Part shown: piece by piece, positions 1 through 13,227 of the stretch
Numbering within the stretch: the first letter of the stretch is position 1
Layout: each line of letters opens with the position of its first letter
Assembly (NCBI RefSeq): GCF_001194135.2
Contig: NC_068999.1
Span: forward strand, 48,117,117 to 48,177,856
Origin: Octopus bimaculoides
Taxonomy: Eukaryota
Length of the DNA stretch: 60,740 nt
Reading direction: 5' to 3'
Position numbers and translations under genes: made by a program
Notes under the pieces: generated by a model
The model's database searches: none
Seen by the model: the letters and a program-made list of their open reading frames with translations, nothing else
What the model was told of the DNA's origin: nothing

Positions 1-233
1 ATGGACAATTGTATGTTGGTTGCTCAAGAGTGGGCAGCAAAAAAAACCTATTTGTATATGCTCCACAAGGGAAAACAAAGGAACATTGTTTACAACGAGG
101 TGTTATAATCACAACAGCAAGAAAGTATGTACATGATCACCTTCTTTTACGAAACTTCATTGACTTTCATATATTTATATTGATATACATATATATACGT
201 GTGTTTGGGTGTGTGTGTGTATATATATATACA

Positions 234-324
234 TCTCTATATATAAAGATGATGCGTAGTCTAGACGGCGTTTTTAGATTTCATTATTCTCTTTAACCCG
301 GGCAACGCCGGGTATTTCTGCTAG
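234..324 (+). mobile_element. Short non-autonomous Helitron-like element
   Basis: A|TC start at 233/234; 3' hairpin CCCGG-gcaacg-CCGGG (297-312) followed by CTAG|T (321-325). Confidence 0.6.
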
Positions 325-529
325 TGATACAATATATTTCAATTAGTTCTTTTTTTGTACCACCAGCAGTGTCACCCTTCCCTTACATTTTGCTAATTCT
401 TTTTTTACTGTTTAATATTTTTCATTCAATCTCAGAATATTTTCATTATATGTCTGTAATCTTTTCATATGAATATTTAAATTCATCTGTCTTTTGTGAG
501 AGTTCATTGTTATCGCAGGATCTGCAATG

Positions 530-1700
530 AGAATGATTGTGCTGATTCCACCCATCCATCCATTGTTACCCACTATTCCTAGGAGGGTAGTGGGAAGAGG
601 ATCCTCAGGCACCTCCTTCATAGGGTCCTTTCAGAAGCAACCGCCATCCCCAATCTGTCTTGTGATTCTTCTCTGTTCATAGAACAAGCGCTGTGACTTC
701 TCAATCAGGAAAAGTAGTGGCTCAGTTTGGAGAGATCCCTGATCTCTGAACTATGCACCCTGTTGAGTAACATTACCCCAGAGACCATTCAGAGTAACCC
801 CATTTCAGCTGCTTGTATTTGTGATGATGATGATGATCATTATTGTTATCATTGTTTAGTGCCCTCCTTTCATGCTGGCATGGGTTGGACAGTTTGACAG
901 GAGCTGGCCAAACAGAAGACTGCACCATAATTCTGTATCTGTTTTGGCATCGTTTTTAACAGCTGGGTGCTCTTTCTCACACCAACCACTCTGCAGAGTG
1001 GGCTGAGTACTTATCCTGTGGCACCAGCATAGGTGAGGTCAGCTTTGGTATGGTTTTTACAGTTGGATGCCCTTCCAAATGCCAACCACTTTACAGTGTG
1101 GACTGGATACTCTTCATGTGGCACCAGCACCGGCACGGTCACTAAGTAACTGTGTAAGACAAGGAATCTTTGAGAGAGGAGGGACCATTGGAGGAAGTGA
1201 TCTTGTGTGAGATGATGAAAAATCAGAGACAGAAACAGATGTTTTGCTGTAGAGGAGGTACATGGTATCCCAGCCAGAGAGAGTTAACAAGAAAATGGGC
1301 AGTACCCAACATTCATGACCATAGGCATAAAACCAAATTGAAGATGGCAAGCCTGGCTCTTTTTATCAACCTCTTCTCTTCTGAGGATTGAATGCTGGAG
1401 CCGACATTATTATACCAGCAACTGCAGTTCTAGTTCCTACCACCCACTGCTCATTAATTTGACTCCAAGATGCTTAAACTTTTCCACTAGTCTCAGTGAT
1501 GTTTCACGAACATGCTAAGTATGCTGGGAAGATTTCTTGAGAGGACCAATGTCTCAGACTTTGCAACACATACTCTCACTGCTGCCTTGCAGAACTCAGT
1601 TATAAACTCAATTAGTGCTTACTGGAGATCACCTACTAACAAGCCAAGTAGCACAATGTCACCAGCAAATATCAGCAGACTGGTTCATTCAACAAAATAG
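530..1700 (-). mobile_element. Decayed RTE-clade LINE ORF2 (Rex3/Expander-like), interrupted at about 820-1290
   Basis: Minus-strand translation gives LLIFAGDIVLL (RT F/YADD box), VEKFKHLGV, YGHECWV and QAAEMG, with stops and frameshifts. Confidence 0.75.
820..1290 (-). mobile_element. RTE 3'-UTR/tail repeat inserted into the older RTE
   Basis: catgctggcatgggttggac and ggatgcccttcc motifs with a (CAT/GAT)n end, same as the tail of the RTE at 4795-5607. Confidence 0.65.
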
Positions 1701-2053
1701 TCACTAAGTTTAGTGGTGTAGCATAGTTGGATGGATCAATTTACTGTGGTATGACGTCAGTGTCTGGGGAGGCTGACCGGAAGGCGAAAAATGGCAGAGG
1801 GAAGCTCGATCGGGATTCGTGACCTTTTCGAATGGGGTTGCGGTCAGGGCAAGACGTGTTAAGCGACGGTCTAGGTTTGGGAGAAGCAGCTGCTATTCCT
1901 GGTGTACTTTAGGTCGGGGCAAGCTTCAAGGATTGGATACCGCAAGACAGACTCGCAGTCGAGGAAAGGAAAACCGAGGTAAGGCGATTACATCTACTCG
2001 TACGCACACACCACATTTTACATATTAAATACATTCCTGGCAACTAGTATGTA

Positions 2054-2573
2054 CAGGGTGGGGCAGGGAGGATGGACGTTTTTGAAAGGGTTATTACTCA
2101 GCCCCAGTGGAAGGGACATTCAGTCTATGGTGTCTTAGCATTTCCTTTTTTTTTTTTCAGGTGAATCCATGGCACTGTGGATGATAAAGCATCATGTGTG
2201 TACCTACGACAGTTACGTGAAGAATAACAAGTCTGTCACAGCAGTTCAGTGCGAGTTTCGGTGCCATTTCAACATTCACCGAAATCAGGCTGTTTCTACC
2301 CATAACACGATCTTATGTTGGGTGAATGCACTTCATACATACGGTACACTAATGAATAGGAGACCGGTGAGGGTGCCACAAATAGGACCCTGGAATGTCT
2401 TCAGAAATGCATCAATAAAAACGGACACCACATGACAAATGTTGCTTTCCATACTTGATTTTGACAGATGCTAATTCAATACGAACACATTGATGTCAAT
2501 AAAATTTGTTTGCAGCTAAAATTAATGATTTGGGGAATATTTTTAAAACGTCCGTCCTCACTGCCCCACATTA
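2054..2573 (+). mobile_element. Internally deleted Tc1/mariner element retaining the HTH N-terminus (DUF4817-like ORF 2169-2435)
   Basis: TA|CAGGGTGGGGCAGGGAGGATGGACG left end and imperfect inverted copy ending at 2573|TA; ORF with SVTAVQxxFRxHF...ILxWV motif. Confidence 0.7.
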
Positions 2574-3670
2574 TACAACTGCTGGCAAGGATACAGTATT
2601 TTGTTACACATCTACTATACACTAACAGGTATATTTAAGACTTTATATAAGTCAATACTGTGTCTTACATGTGTTGGCAGTGTAATTGAATCACTTTTTA
2701 AAGTTATCTCTTACAGATTTTCTTAAGAAATTAGAGCCAGTACATCTATTTAAACAATGCCATCTTAGATAGAAAAATAGATAATAGGTGTATGTACATA
2801 TATCAGGAGTTCTTGTTCCTTCTTTAGTGCCACATATTTAGTGTCAGTGTAAATTGAGGATATATTACAATGCATTAGAGCTCTTATAATAAAAGAAAAA
2901 AGAAAACTCTAATTTTCAGAAACAATTTACACCAAACTACTTTATATGATGTGTTGTCCTTTTTGTTTGTTTTTTAGGTGTTTTTTAGGTGTAGAAATAT
3001 ACTAAAGGAGAGAAAAAAAGGAAAGAATGAAAAAGTGTGTGGGTGTTTACTGATGATTGCACATGGTGTGATAAAGACTGTTATGGTAGGGTTGGTTGTT
3101 ACAACCTTATATTACAAAATGTATTTGATTTTTCTTAGAAAATGACTCATCACTACACATCAAGGTTGCAACTGTGTCAATGGCGACATTTATTATTGTA
3201 TGAATATGCTATTAGGTGTTTGTTTACCTTCTCCCACAATGCAGACAATCTTACTAAATCAAAAATTGATATTGCATGAGAAGTTTTGTAATTAACTTCC
3301 TTCATCATTTATGTCACTGGTCACTGAGTTATGTTTTTTGCCTCATTTTCGTTTTAACAGAGTAAATATTTCTTTTTGAGAAATATATTTTTGCTTTTAA
3401 TACTTGTTTTTTTTTCTACTATAGGCATAAAGCCTTAAATTTGTGGGGAACGGGGCTTGTTGATTGTACTATACTCAACTGGCATCCATCCTATCATTCC
3501 TGACATAATTTGAACTCATAATGGAGTTGAAATCAGTCAAGCGTGGAGGTAAACAATGGTGGACAGGGGTTTGAGATATTTAAAACATCAAGGATAGGAC
3601 TCAAGAATGTAAAATTTTCGAAAACGAAATACGGAGTCGAGGTCAAGTGTGGCTTCCTCATCTGACACCC

Positions 3671-3705
<35 letters not shown>

Positions 3706-4794
3706 CATAAATGCCCTAATGCAGTACCAGGCACTGGCTCTTGTGGCGCCTGATCTCAACAGATTGGAAATGTTAACATGTACATGTTTTGTATTGATGT
3801 AAAAAGAGGAACAACAGTGAACATTCTGCTCAATACTGCAGATTTGTTTCTCAGTTGTTTGACCTTAATCAGTCAAGCATGTCTTTTAGTGGCTGGTGAT
3901 ATGTGCATCTCTGATCACAAGCAGGGCTAGTAGGGGAGCATCATGTGTTGAGAGGAATTCGTTGGGGTTTAAATAATTCACCTCTGAAAACGTGGGTGTT
4001 TCATTCGTTATCCTTAAACAACCCTTATTCAAGGACTTCTGGAGCAGAATGGGCTACTAGACTGAAAGAAAATTCAAACTGGGCCTCACATGCAAAGTCA
4101 TGCATCATTTATCTTGATATGAGGTCACTGTGTCATTCACATATGTTTGTAAAGCGTGTGCTGTGTGTACTCTTATCAGATGGGGAGCCATGATGGGTAT
4201 GATGGTACAGGACAACACATTAAGTGTAAGTGTATGTATGTGTGTGTGTTGGAGCGAGGGTTTCGTGTGCAAACAGTTTTAACAAACAAAAAAGAGGTAG
4301 TAATAGAATTTTAATAATAAGCATTCCTCACTCACTCGGGAGGAAACTTCATCGAGCTGCTTATGGAAAAAACCCATAAAAACACAGGTAATAATAATAC
4401 ACACACACACATACATGTACAGAGAGAAGAGAGAGATACGCAAGCATATACATGAATGTATAAAGACGATGTGTGTTTGTAGGGGATGAAACCAAATCTG
4501 AAAGAAAATGATTCTCATATAAATATGTTTGCTTAAAGTAGGCAAAGGAAAATAAGAGATTATGACAGAAGATACTCATGTTTAATCCATAGTATAAATT
4601 AGGTAAAGATGTCACATTTATTTGAAAGATTCCAGCAAATTTCATGGGGTTTGTCTGATGGGCCATGTACAATGTATAAATTATCTTCTATTTTACTGCA
4701 TACCTTTTTTATAGTGTTTGTGTGGAAATTCGTAATTTTGAGATCAGCGAAGCGTAAAACAGTGGTATTTGTTGATATGCACCTTACACCACTC

Positions 4795-5607
4795 CTCCTC
4801 ATCATCATCATTTAACATCTGTTTTTCATGCTGGCATGGGTTGGACGGTTTGACTGAAAACTGGTGAGCCGGGGAGCTACACTAGGTTCCAGTCTGGTTT
4901 GGCATGGTTTCTATGGCTGGATGCCCTTCCTGACACCAACCACTCCAAGAATGTAGGGAGTGCATTTTACATGCCACTGGCATGGATGCCGTTGATGTGG
5001 CACTGGTATTATGTTCTCACTCGGCTTCCTGGGTCTTCTCACACACAGCATATTTCCAAAAGTCTCGGTCACAAGTCATTGCCTCGGTGAGGCCTAATGT
5101 TTGGAGGTCATGCCTCACCACCTCATCCCAGGTCTTCCTGGGCCTACCTCTTTCACAGGTTCTCTCAACCACTAGGGTGTGGCACTTTTTCACACAGCTA
5201 TCCTCATCCTTTCTCGCCACATGACCACACCAGTGTAGTTGTCTCTCTTGCACACCACATCTGATGCTTCTTAGGTCCAACTTTTCTCTCAAGGTATTAA
5301 CACTCTGTCGAGTATGCACACTGACATTACACATCCATCGGAGCATACTGGCTTCATTCCTTGCAAGCTTACGCATGTCCTCAGCAGTCACGGCCCATGT
5401 TTCACTGCCATGTAGCATGGTTGTTCATACACATGCGTCATACAGTCTGCCTTTTACTCTCAGCGAGAGGTCCTTTGTCACCAGCAGAGGTAAGAGCTCT
5501 CTGAACTTTGCCTAGCCTATTCTTATTCTAGCAACTACACTTTCAGTGCACTCTCCCCCACTACTAACTTGGTCACCTAGGTAGCGGAAGCTATCAACTA
5601 CGTCTAG
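4795..5607 (-). mobile_element. RTE-clade LINE 3' end (ORF2 C-terminus and 3' UTR), cut by an assembly gap
   Basis: ORF 5017-5418 (-): MLHGSETW...MLRWMC...LHWCGHVAR...RGRPRKTW; 3' UTR ends in (GAT)n. Confidence 0.9.
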
Positions 5608-7983
5608 NNNNNNNNNNNNNNNNNNNNNNNNNNNNNNNNNNNNNNNNNNNNNNNNNNNNNNNNNNNNNNNNNNNNNNNNNNNNNNNNNNNNNNNNNNNNN
5701 NNNNNNNNNNNNNNNNNNNNNNNNNNNNNNNNNNNNNNNNNNNNNNNNNNNNNNNNNNNNNNNNNNNNNNNNNNNNNNNNNNNNNNNNNNNNNNNNNNNN
5801 NNNNNNNNNNNNNNNNNNNNNNNNNNNNNNNNNNNNNNNNNNNNNNNNNNNNNNNNNNNNNNNNNNNNNNNNNNNNNNNNNNNNNNNNNNNNNNNNNNNN
5901 NNNNNNNNNNNNNNATACATCTGTATATCTATGTGTATTTGTGTTTGTAACCTCCATCACTGATTGACAACTTGTCATGGTGTGTTTATGTCCCTGTAAC
6001 TTAGCGGTTTTGCAAAAGAGACCGATAGATTAAGTACTAGGCTTAAGAAATAAGTCCTGGGGTTTGATTTGTTCAACTAAAATCCTTCAAGGCAGTGCTC
6101 CAGCATGGCCACAGTCCAGAAAGAATATATATGTGTGTGTGTAAAGATAGAGAGAGACGGAGAGATTTCTGAATGAATGTTTTGTTTTGTTTTGTTGTCT
6201 TCATTGTATATTTGAGAAAAAAACAAAATCTTTTCTTTGTCTTATAATTAAAAACTGGCGATTTAAAAGAAAAATACAAAGAAATCATTTAACGGAAACC
6301 CACAAAAAATTGTAATATATCCTGTTTTACTGATTATATAAAAAAAATATATATATATTGTTATCAGTATTTCTGATAATAAAATGAAAAGAAAAATGAT
6401 TAATATAAGACTTAAAGATTAAAATTGTCTAATTAAAAGAAAATATGTGGATGCATTGAAACACTCCCCACCCCCAGAGGCATATATTCCGGGTGTGCTA
6501 GGGGTGCACTGCACACCCATCGGAAACGGCAAATTCATTATAAATATAAACCTTACTCATTAATTTTATCATAAAACTTAATGGAAAGCTTTTGTTATAA
6601 CTCTGCAAAAAATTTTGTGGCATTTGGTGTTGCAGCACATCCAATACAACTACCACCATATACATACATTGGTGTCACTGATACATACATTGGTGGTAAG
6701 AAACTCTTATGGGAGCTGAACAGCAGAAGATATTCAGAGAAGGAATCCCATTCAGGCAAGTGTTTTGGCCCTTCATGTGTATAACGAGTCATAATACATG
6801 TTGCGTTTGTGTATATGTATATGTGTGCATGTATGTATGTATGTGTATACTCATGTTTGTGTAAACATTATAATGGGGAAATTTTGAAGTTACATAGACG
6901 AAGATGTTTTATAAAGCACTATTTGAACATGGAATTAAAAATATAACATTTTTTTTTTCCATGTCTTTTGTTTTGATACAAACATATATGCATGGACACA
7001 CGGACACACACATTAACCCTTAAATCATACACTCGAAACGATAACTATAAAAGTCTGCAAGATCTATTTAAGACTTAAAGCATGATGAACAAAACAAGAT
7101 GCTAACCTTCAAAACCTTGATACCAAGTAGATGGCCAAAGAAAATTTACTCTAAGTTAAAAACAGAAAGAGACAGAGATGAGCATACATGAAGGAATGAA
7201 TAAATGGTGGCTGCAAGTCAATTTCAAGCAATGTTATTGTTTGATCATTGCGTCCCCGTAACTTGGTGGTTTGGAAAAAGAGACCGATAGAATAAGTACT
7301 AGGCTTACAAAGAATAAGTCCTGGGGTCAATTTGCTCGACTAAAGGCGGTGCTCCAGCATGGCCACAGTCAAATGACTGAAATGAGTAAAGAGTATATAC
7401 AGGATTGGCCCAAAGCCACCTAATAGTAAATCAAAACTATTTAATTCCAAGATTTATTTATGTTTAACAACTGAATGGATTTAATAAAAGCATCTTAATA
7501 TGAAACCTCATGAAAATTGTTCAAATTGAAATCCTTCTTGAGCAACACATTTTTCCATTCGAGTCAATACAGAATTACAGGTAGTATTTATGGAATTTTG
7601 ATTTACTATCAGNNNNNNNNNNNNNNNNNNNNNNNNNNNNNNNNNNNNNNNNNNNNNNNNNNNNNNNNNNNNNNNNNNNNNNATATATAGTTTTAGGGAA
7701 AAGAACCAAGGTTCATGAACTCAACGATAAAAATCCACTACCACATATAGAAAAATTAATAAGTAAAAGCACAGTAAATAAGTATAATATAATACAAAGT
7801 AAATATCATAAGAGAAAGATAATAAAACGATTACACATGTTTCATAGCCAATTTTCAAATAGAAAATTTAATTCGATTAAAACTATCGAAAATCAATTCT
7901 ATTCAAAAATATAGCTAATGTTCAGGTCAAAATACAACAATAATAATAATAAAAGAATGTATATATCAACCAACAATAAATAA

Positions 7984-8019
<36 letters not shown>

Positions 8020-8668
8020 CAATAATAATAAAAGGAGAACAAATGTACATCACTGGATGCAAATGAAGTCGCAAGTTTACACCAGAGTTATTCTTCTAGG
8101 ACAGGGGTTCTCATCTGGGGTCCATATTCTGAATACCTAATTCTGAGCAAACCAGTAAGCATTTGGAGAAATCCCTTACTAATAACCTATATAAATATAT
8201 ATATAGAAATCTCTTACTAATTACCTGTATATATATATATATATACGGTGAGAAAATAATTTTCTTGCTGTATTGCATGTTCATTTTCCTTTTTTCCATC
8301 TCTGATTTTATTTTTGATTTTCTATGTAAATGAAGATATTTTCTTTGTCTGGTTGCTTTTCTTTCGACAAAACGAGAAGTTACATTGCGGAACAGTTTTT
8401 TTAACAAGTTTTGTCTGTTTATCACCCGATGAGATACATCTGCACCGCCGGGTGCTCCTGAACCAGTTGCTGAGTGTCTCATCCATGAGGGATTGATGGT
8501 AGATGTGACAAAACAATTGTCATGATTAATAATAAATTCTCGTATATTCCATTTTCTTTCATTTGCCATATACCTAACGATTACTGTGAAGGTGACTGTG
8601 CTTTAGCTGTAATCTCCCAGGTGTAAACCATTTGTTTTATTAAACGAATGGTTTATATATACACACAC

Positions 8669-8706
<38 letters not shown>

Positions 8707-9068
8707 ATGCGTGCAGGTGTGTGTATGTGAGAGAGAGAGAGAGAGAGAGTGATCTGTATTCCATGTATGTAATCATATATCAGACCTTACATTAGCAACA
8801 AAATACTGGATTGGGGAGTAATATTTTTGAACCATGAAATAAATCTGAAAAAAAAAAAAAAAAATTTTTATCTATCAGTCTGTATACCACCTGCCTATGC
8901 ATGCATCTAACTACATATATACACACACACACACATACATTCATATATTTATACTCACTCAGTCTCTCTCTCACACACATGCACACTTATAAATGTATAA
9001 ATATATGAATGTGCGTGTATGTATATATATATATATATATACCGGAGTAAGCACATGAAATGTGCAAC

Positions 9069-9116
9069 AAAAACTGTCCGATGAACGGGAACGTGAAACT
9101 CAGAGTAACGGTTTTT
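9069..9116 (+). ncRNA. Minimal type I hammerhead ribozyme fold (CCGAUGA core variant)
   Basis: 9-bp stem I, core 9078-84, stem II ACG-GGAA-CGT, GAAA, stem III ACTC-a-GAGT, GUA cleavage triplet. Confidence 0.65.
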
Positions 9117-9451
9117 TTGTTATATTTCTGCTGCTTTTAAATAAAGTATATATCTATATATATATGTAGTTAGATACATGTATAGACAGGTATTATACAC
9201 ACACTTATAAATATATACATTTATAAGTGTGTGTATGTGTTTACATGTCTACATAAATATAGTTGAAACCTGCCCTAGCATGAAGCCCCACATCCTAGAG
9301 TTCCTGTTTCAGTACATACACACTCACACATGTATTTATATGTATGTATATATATATACATATGTATGTATGCAAGTCTGTATGTACACATGAAGGTAAC
9401 TTATATGTTTGTATGTGTATTTGTGATTCGTGTTCATATATACGTAATATA

Positions 9452-9617
9452 GGCGCAGGAGTGGCTGTGTGGTAAGAAGCTTGCTTACCAACCACATGGT
9501 TCCGGGTTCAGTCCCACTACGTGGCACCTTGGGCAAAGTGTCTTCTACTATAGCCTCGGGCCGACCAAAGCCTTGTGAGTGGATTTGGTAGACGGAAACT
9601 GAAAGAAGCCCGTCGTA

Positions 9618-9657
<40 letters not shown>

Positions 9658-9870
9658 AGTTTGTGTGTCTGTGTTTGTCCCCCTAGCATTGCTTGACAAC
9701 CAATACTGGCGTGTTTATGTCCCCGTAACTTAGCGGTTCGGCAAAAGAGACTGATAGAATAAGTACTAGGCTTACAAAGAACAAGTCCCGGGGTCGATTT
9801 GCTCGACTAAAGGTGGTGCTCCAGCATGGCCACAGTCAAATGACTGAAACAAATAAAAGAGTAAAAGAGT
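9452..9870 (+). mobile_element. tRNA-derived SINE family A (CORE-like domain), full length
   Basis: A box TGGCTGTGTGG, B box GGTTCAGTCCC, CACCTTGGGCAAAGTGTCTT core, internal microsatellite, (AAAAGAGT)n tail. Confidence 0.85.
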
Positions 9871-10886
9871 ATACGTAATACATCTACATATATATTGAAC
9901 GGCGGTGCCCCAGCATGGCCACACCTCTGAAGCTGAAACTATTTTGTGTGTGTGTGTGTGTGTGTAACCACGTGGTAAATTACATGTTAGTGTTGCTATG
10001 ATAATAAAAGAATGCTTAGAAAACCGATGTACACCTACACAAACCGCGCTTATGCATAATGCATTCAAATACTATTATATATCTACCTATATCTCAGCTG
10101 TCACACACATTAAGACTCTTAGCTGTCGAGTGTCAAGAAGCCTTTTTTTAGTTGGATTGTAAAAGTGTAAATTCATTCAGGTTTGTGGTATTTTCCTTTC
10201 AATTACTTTCCGTTTTGCTTTCAGCTTGTCATGATTCCGTTTTGACTGGACAACCCCAACCTATTAATTAATCATATAAATCCTTTTATCTCTCTTTTTA
10301 AAACCAGAAGTACAGTTTTCCTCAAAATGTCTAATGATCAGTGGAGTATGCTGTATTTATCGATGTTTTTTTTTCTTCTTTTTACGTTTTATATTTTCTA
10401 TGAGTTTCATTTTGTTTATATACTTTCATTAAGTTGTTGATTTAGTTATAAACTGGTGTTCGACAAATTGAGATGCTTGGCGTTGAATTAATATTTTTTT
10501 CTTTTTCTTACTTCAACTTTTCTGCTTCTGTTTTCGTTACTTTCTCTTTCTAAGCTCATGTTCACGTTTTGGTCAGTTTTGGATTTGTATTTTAATGTAG
10601 TTTTTTAATGTATCATGTCTATAGATGTAATTATATACGTAGAGGAACTTCGGACTTATGTTCCCAGCAACATAAAGATTTCTTTTCGTATGAAACATGA
10701 TAAATAAACGTATGGATAGTGAAGAAAAACGGTAGAGATTATAAAAGATAAAGAGAAAGATTTTGTCTCAAATGCAATTTTTCTATTTAGCATATATTCT
10801 CCTATTCTAAAACTCATTAATTAAACCAAACGGTTTGTCAGTTTTACTATGGAAACAAAAACAAAACATTCAGAAATCTTGATATA

Positions 10887-11093
10887 CAGGGTGTCCACAA
10901 AGTCTGGCTACATGGAGTAAATAAAATCATAACATAAACAATTAAATATAAGAAATAATAATTTCTTAAAGTATGTGTTGATCCCCATGTGGGTACATGG
11001 AGTAAATAAAATCATAACATAAACAATTATAAGAAATAATAATTTCCTAAAGTATGCGTTAACCCCTATGTACCCAGACTTGTGGACACCCTG
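10887..11093. mobile_element. Tc1/mariner-type MITE
   Basis: TA|CAGGGTGTCCACAA...TTGTGGACACCCTG|TA with an internal tandem duplication of about 80 bp. Confidence 0.8.
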
Positions 11094-11103
11094 TATATAT
11101 ATA

Positions 11104-11289
11104 TAAGGTGTGTAATGAGCGTTTATAGAACACGTATCCTCTAGAAACTCAACAAAGATGGAGAAGAGGTGCTGAAGTTTAAAAACAAATTAATTAAAAA
11201 ATGTTTTTTAAACTTTCTCTTCCCCATCTTTAATCGTTTGTTGAGTTTCTATAGGATACGTGTTCTATAAATGCTCATAACACACCTTA
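11104..11289. mobile_element. MITE with 53-bp inverted arms
   Basis: taaggtgtg...aactcaacaaa and its reverse complement, 3 mismatches. Confidence 0.75.
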
Positions 11290-12099
11290 CACTTGTAACA
11301 TTTTCATATTCGAAAAATACTTAAAATAGTAAGCTACCAATTTAATATGAAGAATCTTTATTAGAAATCGAACTTTGGAACCCCACAAAGTAAAGGATAA
11401 AATAGAACTCAACCTTTTCTCTCTTATATATATATACATACACACACACACACACACATATATATAAATACTTACATATAAGAGACCAAAGTGTACGTAC
11501 GCCATTATATATATATATACAAAAATGGGATAAGAACGCAAAACATCCAGACAGTTAGGTGATACAAAAAAAGAGACAACAAAACATCCAGACAGACGAT
11601 AGAAAGAAAACAAGGACGGGTCATTTGGAGTTTTCTTTCCTCAGTCGAGTTCCATATTATCTTTGCAATTTCGGCTGGTTATACTCGAGATTACTCCAAC
11701 CTAACCAGCCCCAAGGAAAAACTAAGCTAAGAGCACTAGATTCCTTGGAAGAAAGCAGTGAATGTATACGAAAACAAGGACGGACAAACGGAGAAATAGT
11801 ACAAAATACAAATAACAGGATATATACAACGGGTGTCTTTCGACTAAAGACGAACTAAATTAAGCTGGCGTGTGTGGAAGTAAAGCCTTACGGTAGGGAC
11901 ATAGGATTTGACAGGCACATGGAGGAATATAGATGTTGTACGGATGGTAGTCGAACCAAGAAAGAAAGGTCAGACTTGGCCGAACACTGGCCACATGGGG
12001 AGAGAAGAGAGAGGGGTGGAAGCGGGGCCGAACACTGGTCACATGGGGAGAGAAGAGAGAGAGGTAGAAGCGGACCCGCCTTAATTCTGCTATCCCTCT

Positions 12100-12478
12100 G
12101 CCCTCATCTGTGTTTTCTGCCGTGAGGTAGGCTCCTCTGGAATCCTCGACAGGAAGAGATCCAGTTTTATTTCAAAGACACATTCACACCATGAAGGTCT
12201 CTTACGCATTTTGGAAGGATATTGAAGAGCTGTGGGACCTTGAAACTCAAGCTGTTGAGTATCTGGTCCTGTATTTTGATGGCGATGCTGGGATCTTTGG
12301 CACTATGTAGCGGCACCCCGTTCTGCAGTTTGAGTAACTTTCAATGCCAAAGTTTGACACAAGGCCTTCCAGGATTTTCCAGATGTATATCACTGCATAT
12401 CTTTCCCGCCTTCATTCTAGGGAGAAAAGTTTTAATTCTTTCAGTGTTTCCCAGTAGCTGATACGTTGCATTGAGACA
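12100..12478 (-). mobile_element. CR1-clade LINE ORF2 C-terminal remnant
   Basis: Translation ISYWETLKELKLFSLE*RRERYAVIYIWKILEG, then LFNILP and KLDLFLS in shifted frames. Confidence 0.75.
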
Positions 12479-12484
12479 TTTTCC

Positions 12485-12564
<80 letters not shown>

Positions 12565-13227
12565 CTGTAATCTACATCATCTGAAAAGTACTTCTATAGA
12601 AATTCGCGTAAAAAAAAAAAAATCGATTTTTTCTGAAAGTTATAAGGAAATAAAGCCGACCCGCGTAAATTTCCTTACCTTTGAAAAAAAAAAATGTTTT
12701 TCACAACAAATTGCGATACACCATCCGAAACGTGTTTGTGAAACAATGTCCATTTTTCTACACATGTATAGGTATGCCCATTTTGTTGACGATTTCATAA
12801 TTGTTGTCGAAATACTTTTTCGTTCAGTCAGGGTTTCATTATTTCAAATACAAACACCTATGAAAAGTCATAGTATCTTTTCGCTTTTGTGGTTTATCTT
12901 CGTGTTGCTGTTGTTGCAAGTTAAAATATCGAAGGATAAAAACAATAATAATAATAATAACGAAAATAAGATTTTCATTTCAACCCAAATACTGTCTCTC
13001 CCTACAAAAACAAATAAATAACTAAAACGTCATCGAAAGCCAGTAAATATAACCATACTTGCTGTCAATTGAAAGTGAAAGTGAAGACAAAATCAAAATC
13101 TATACACACGCATAAATGAAAGGATGTATGTATATTATTAGGGGACAAGAGGTGCAACAGGTACAAGCTCCCTACCATAATTTTCTGGAGGACAAAAGTT
13201 TAATATCTATATAGTATTACTTTTTTC

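Noticed and set aside
6581-6792. Protein-looking ORFs on both strands
   Set aside because: An internal tandem duplication produces the PMYV repeat, splice sites are weak, and the phase is incompatible with the 8247-8583 candidate; it lies next to a hAT-like terminus (about 6475-6520).
8440-8495. PSWMRHSAT...GAD resembling tyrosine-recombinase box II
   Set aside because: The HxxR histidine, the downstream LGH and the catalytic Tyr are all absent; probably coincidence.
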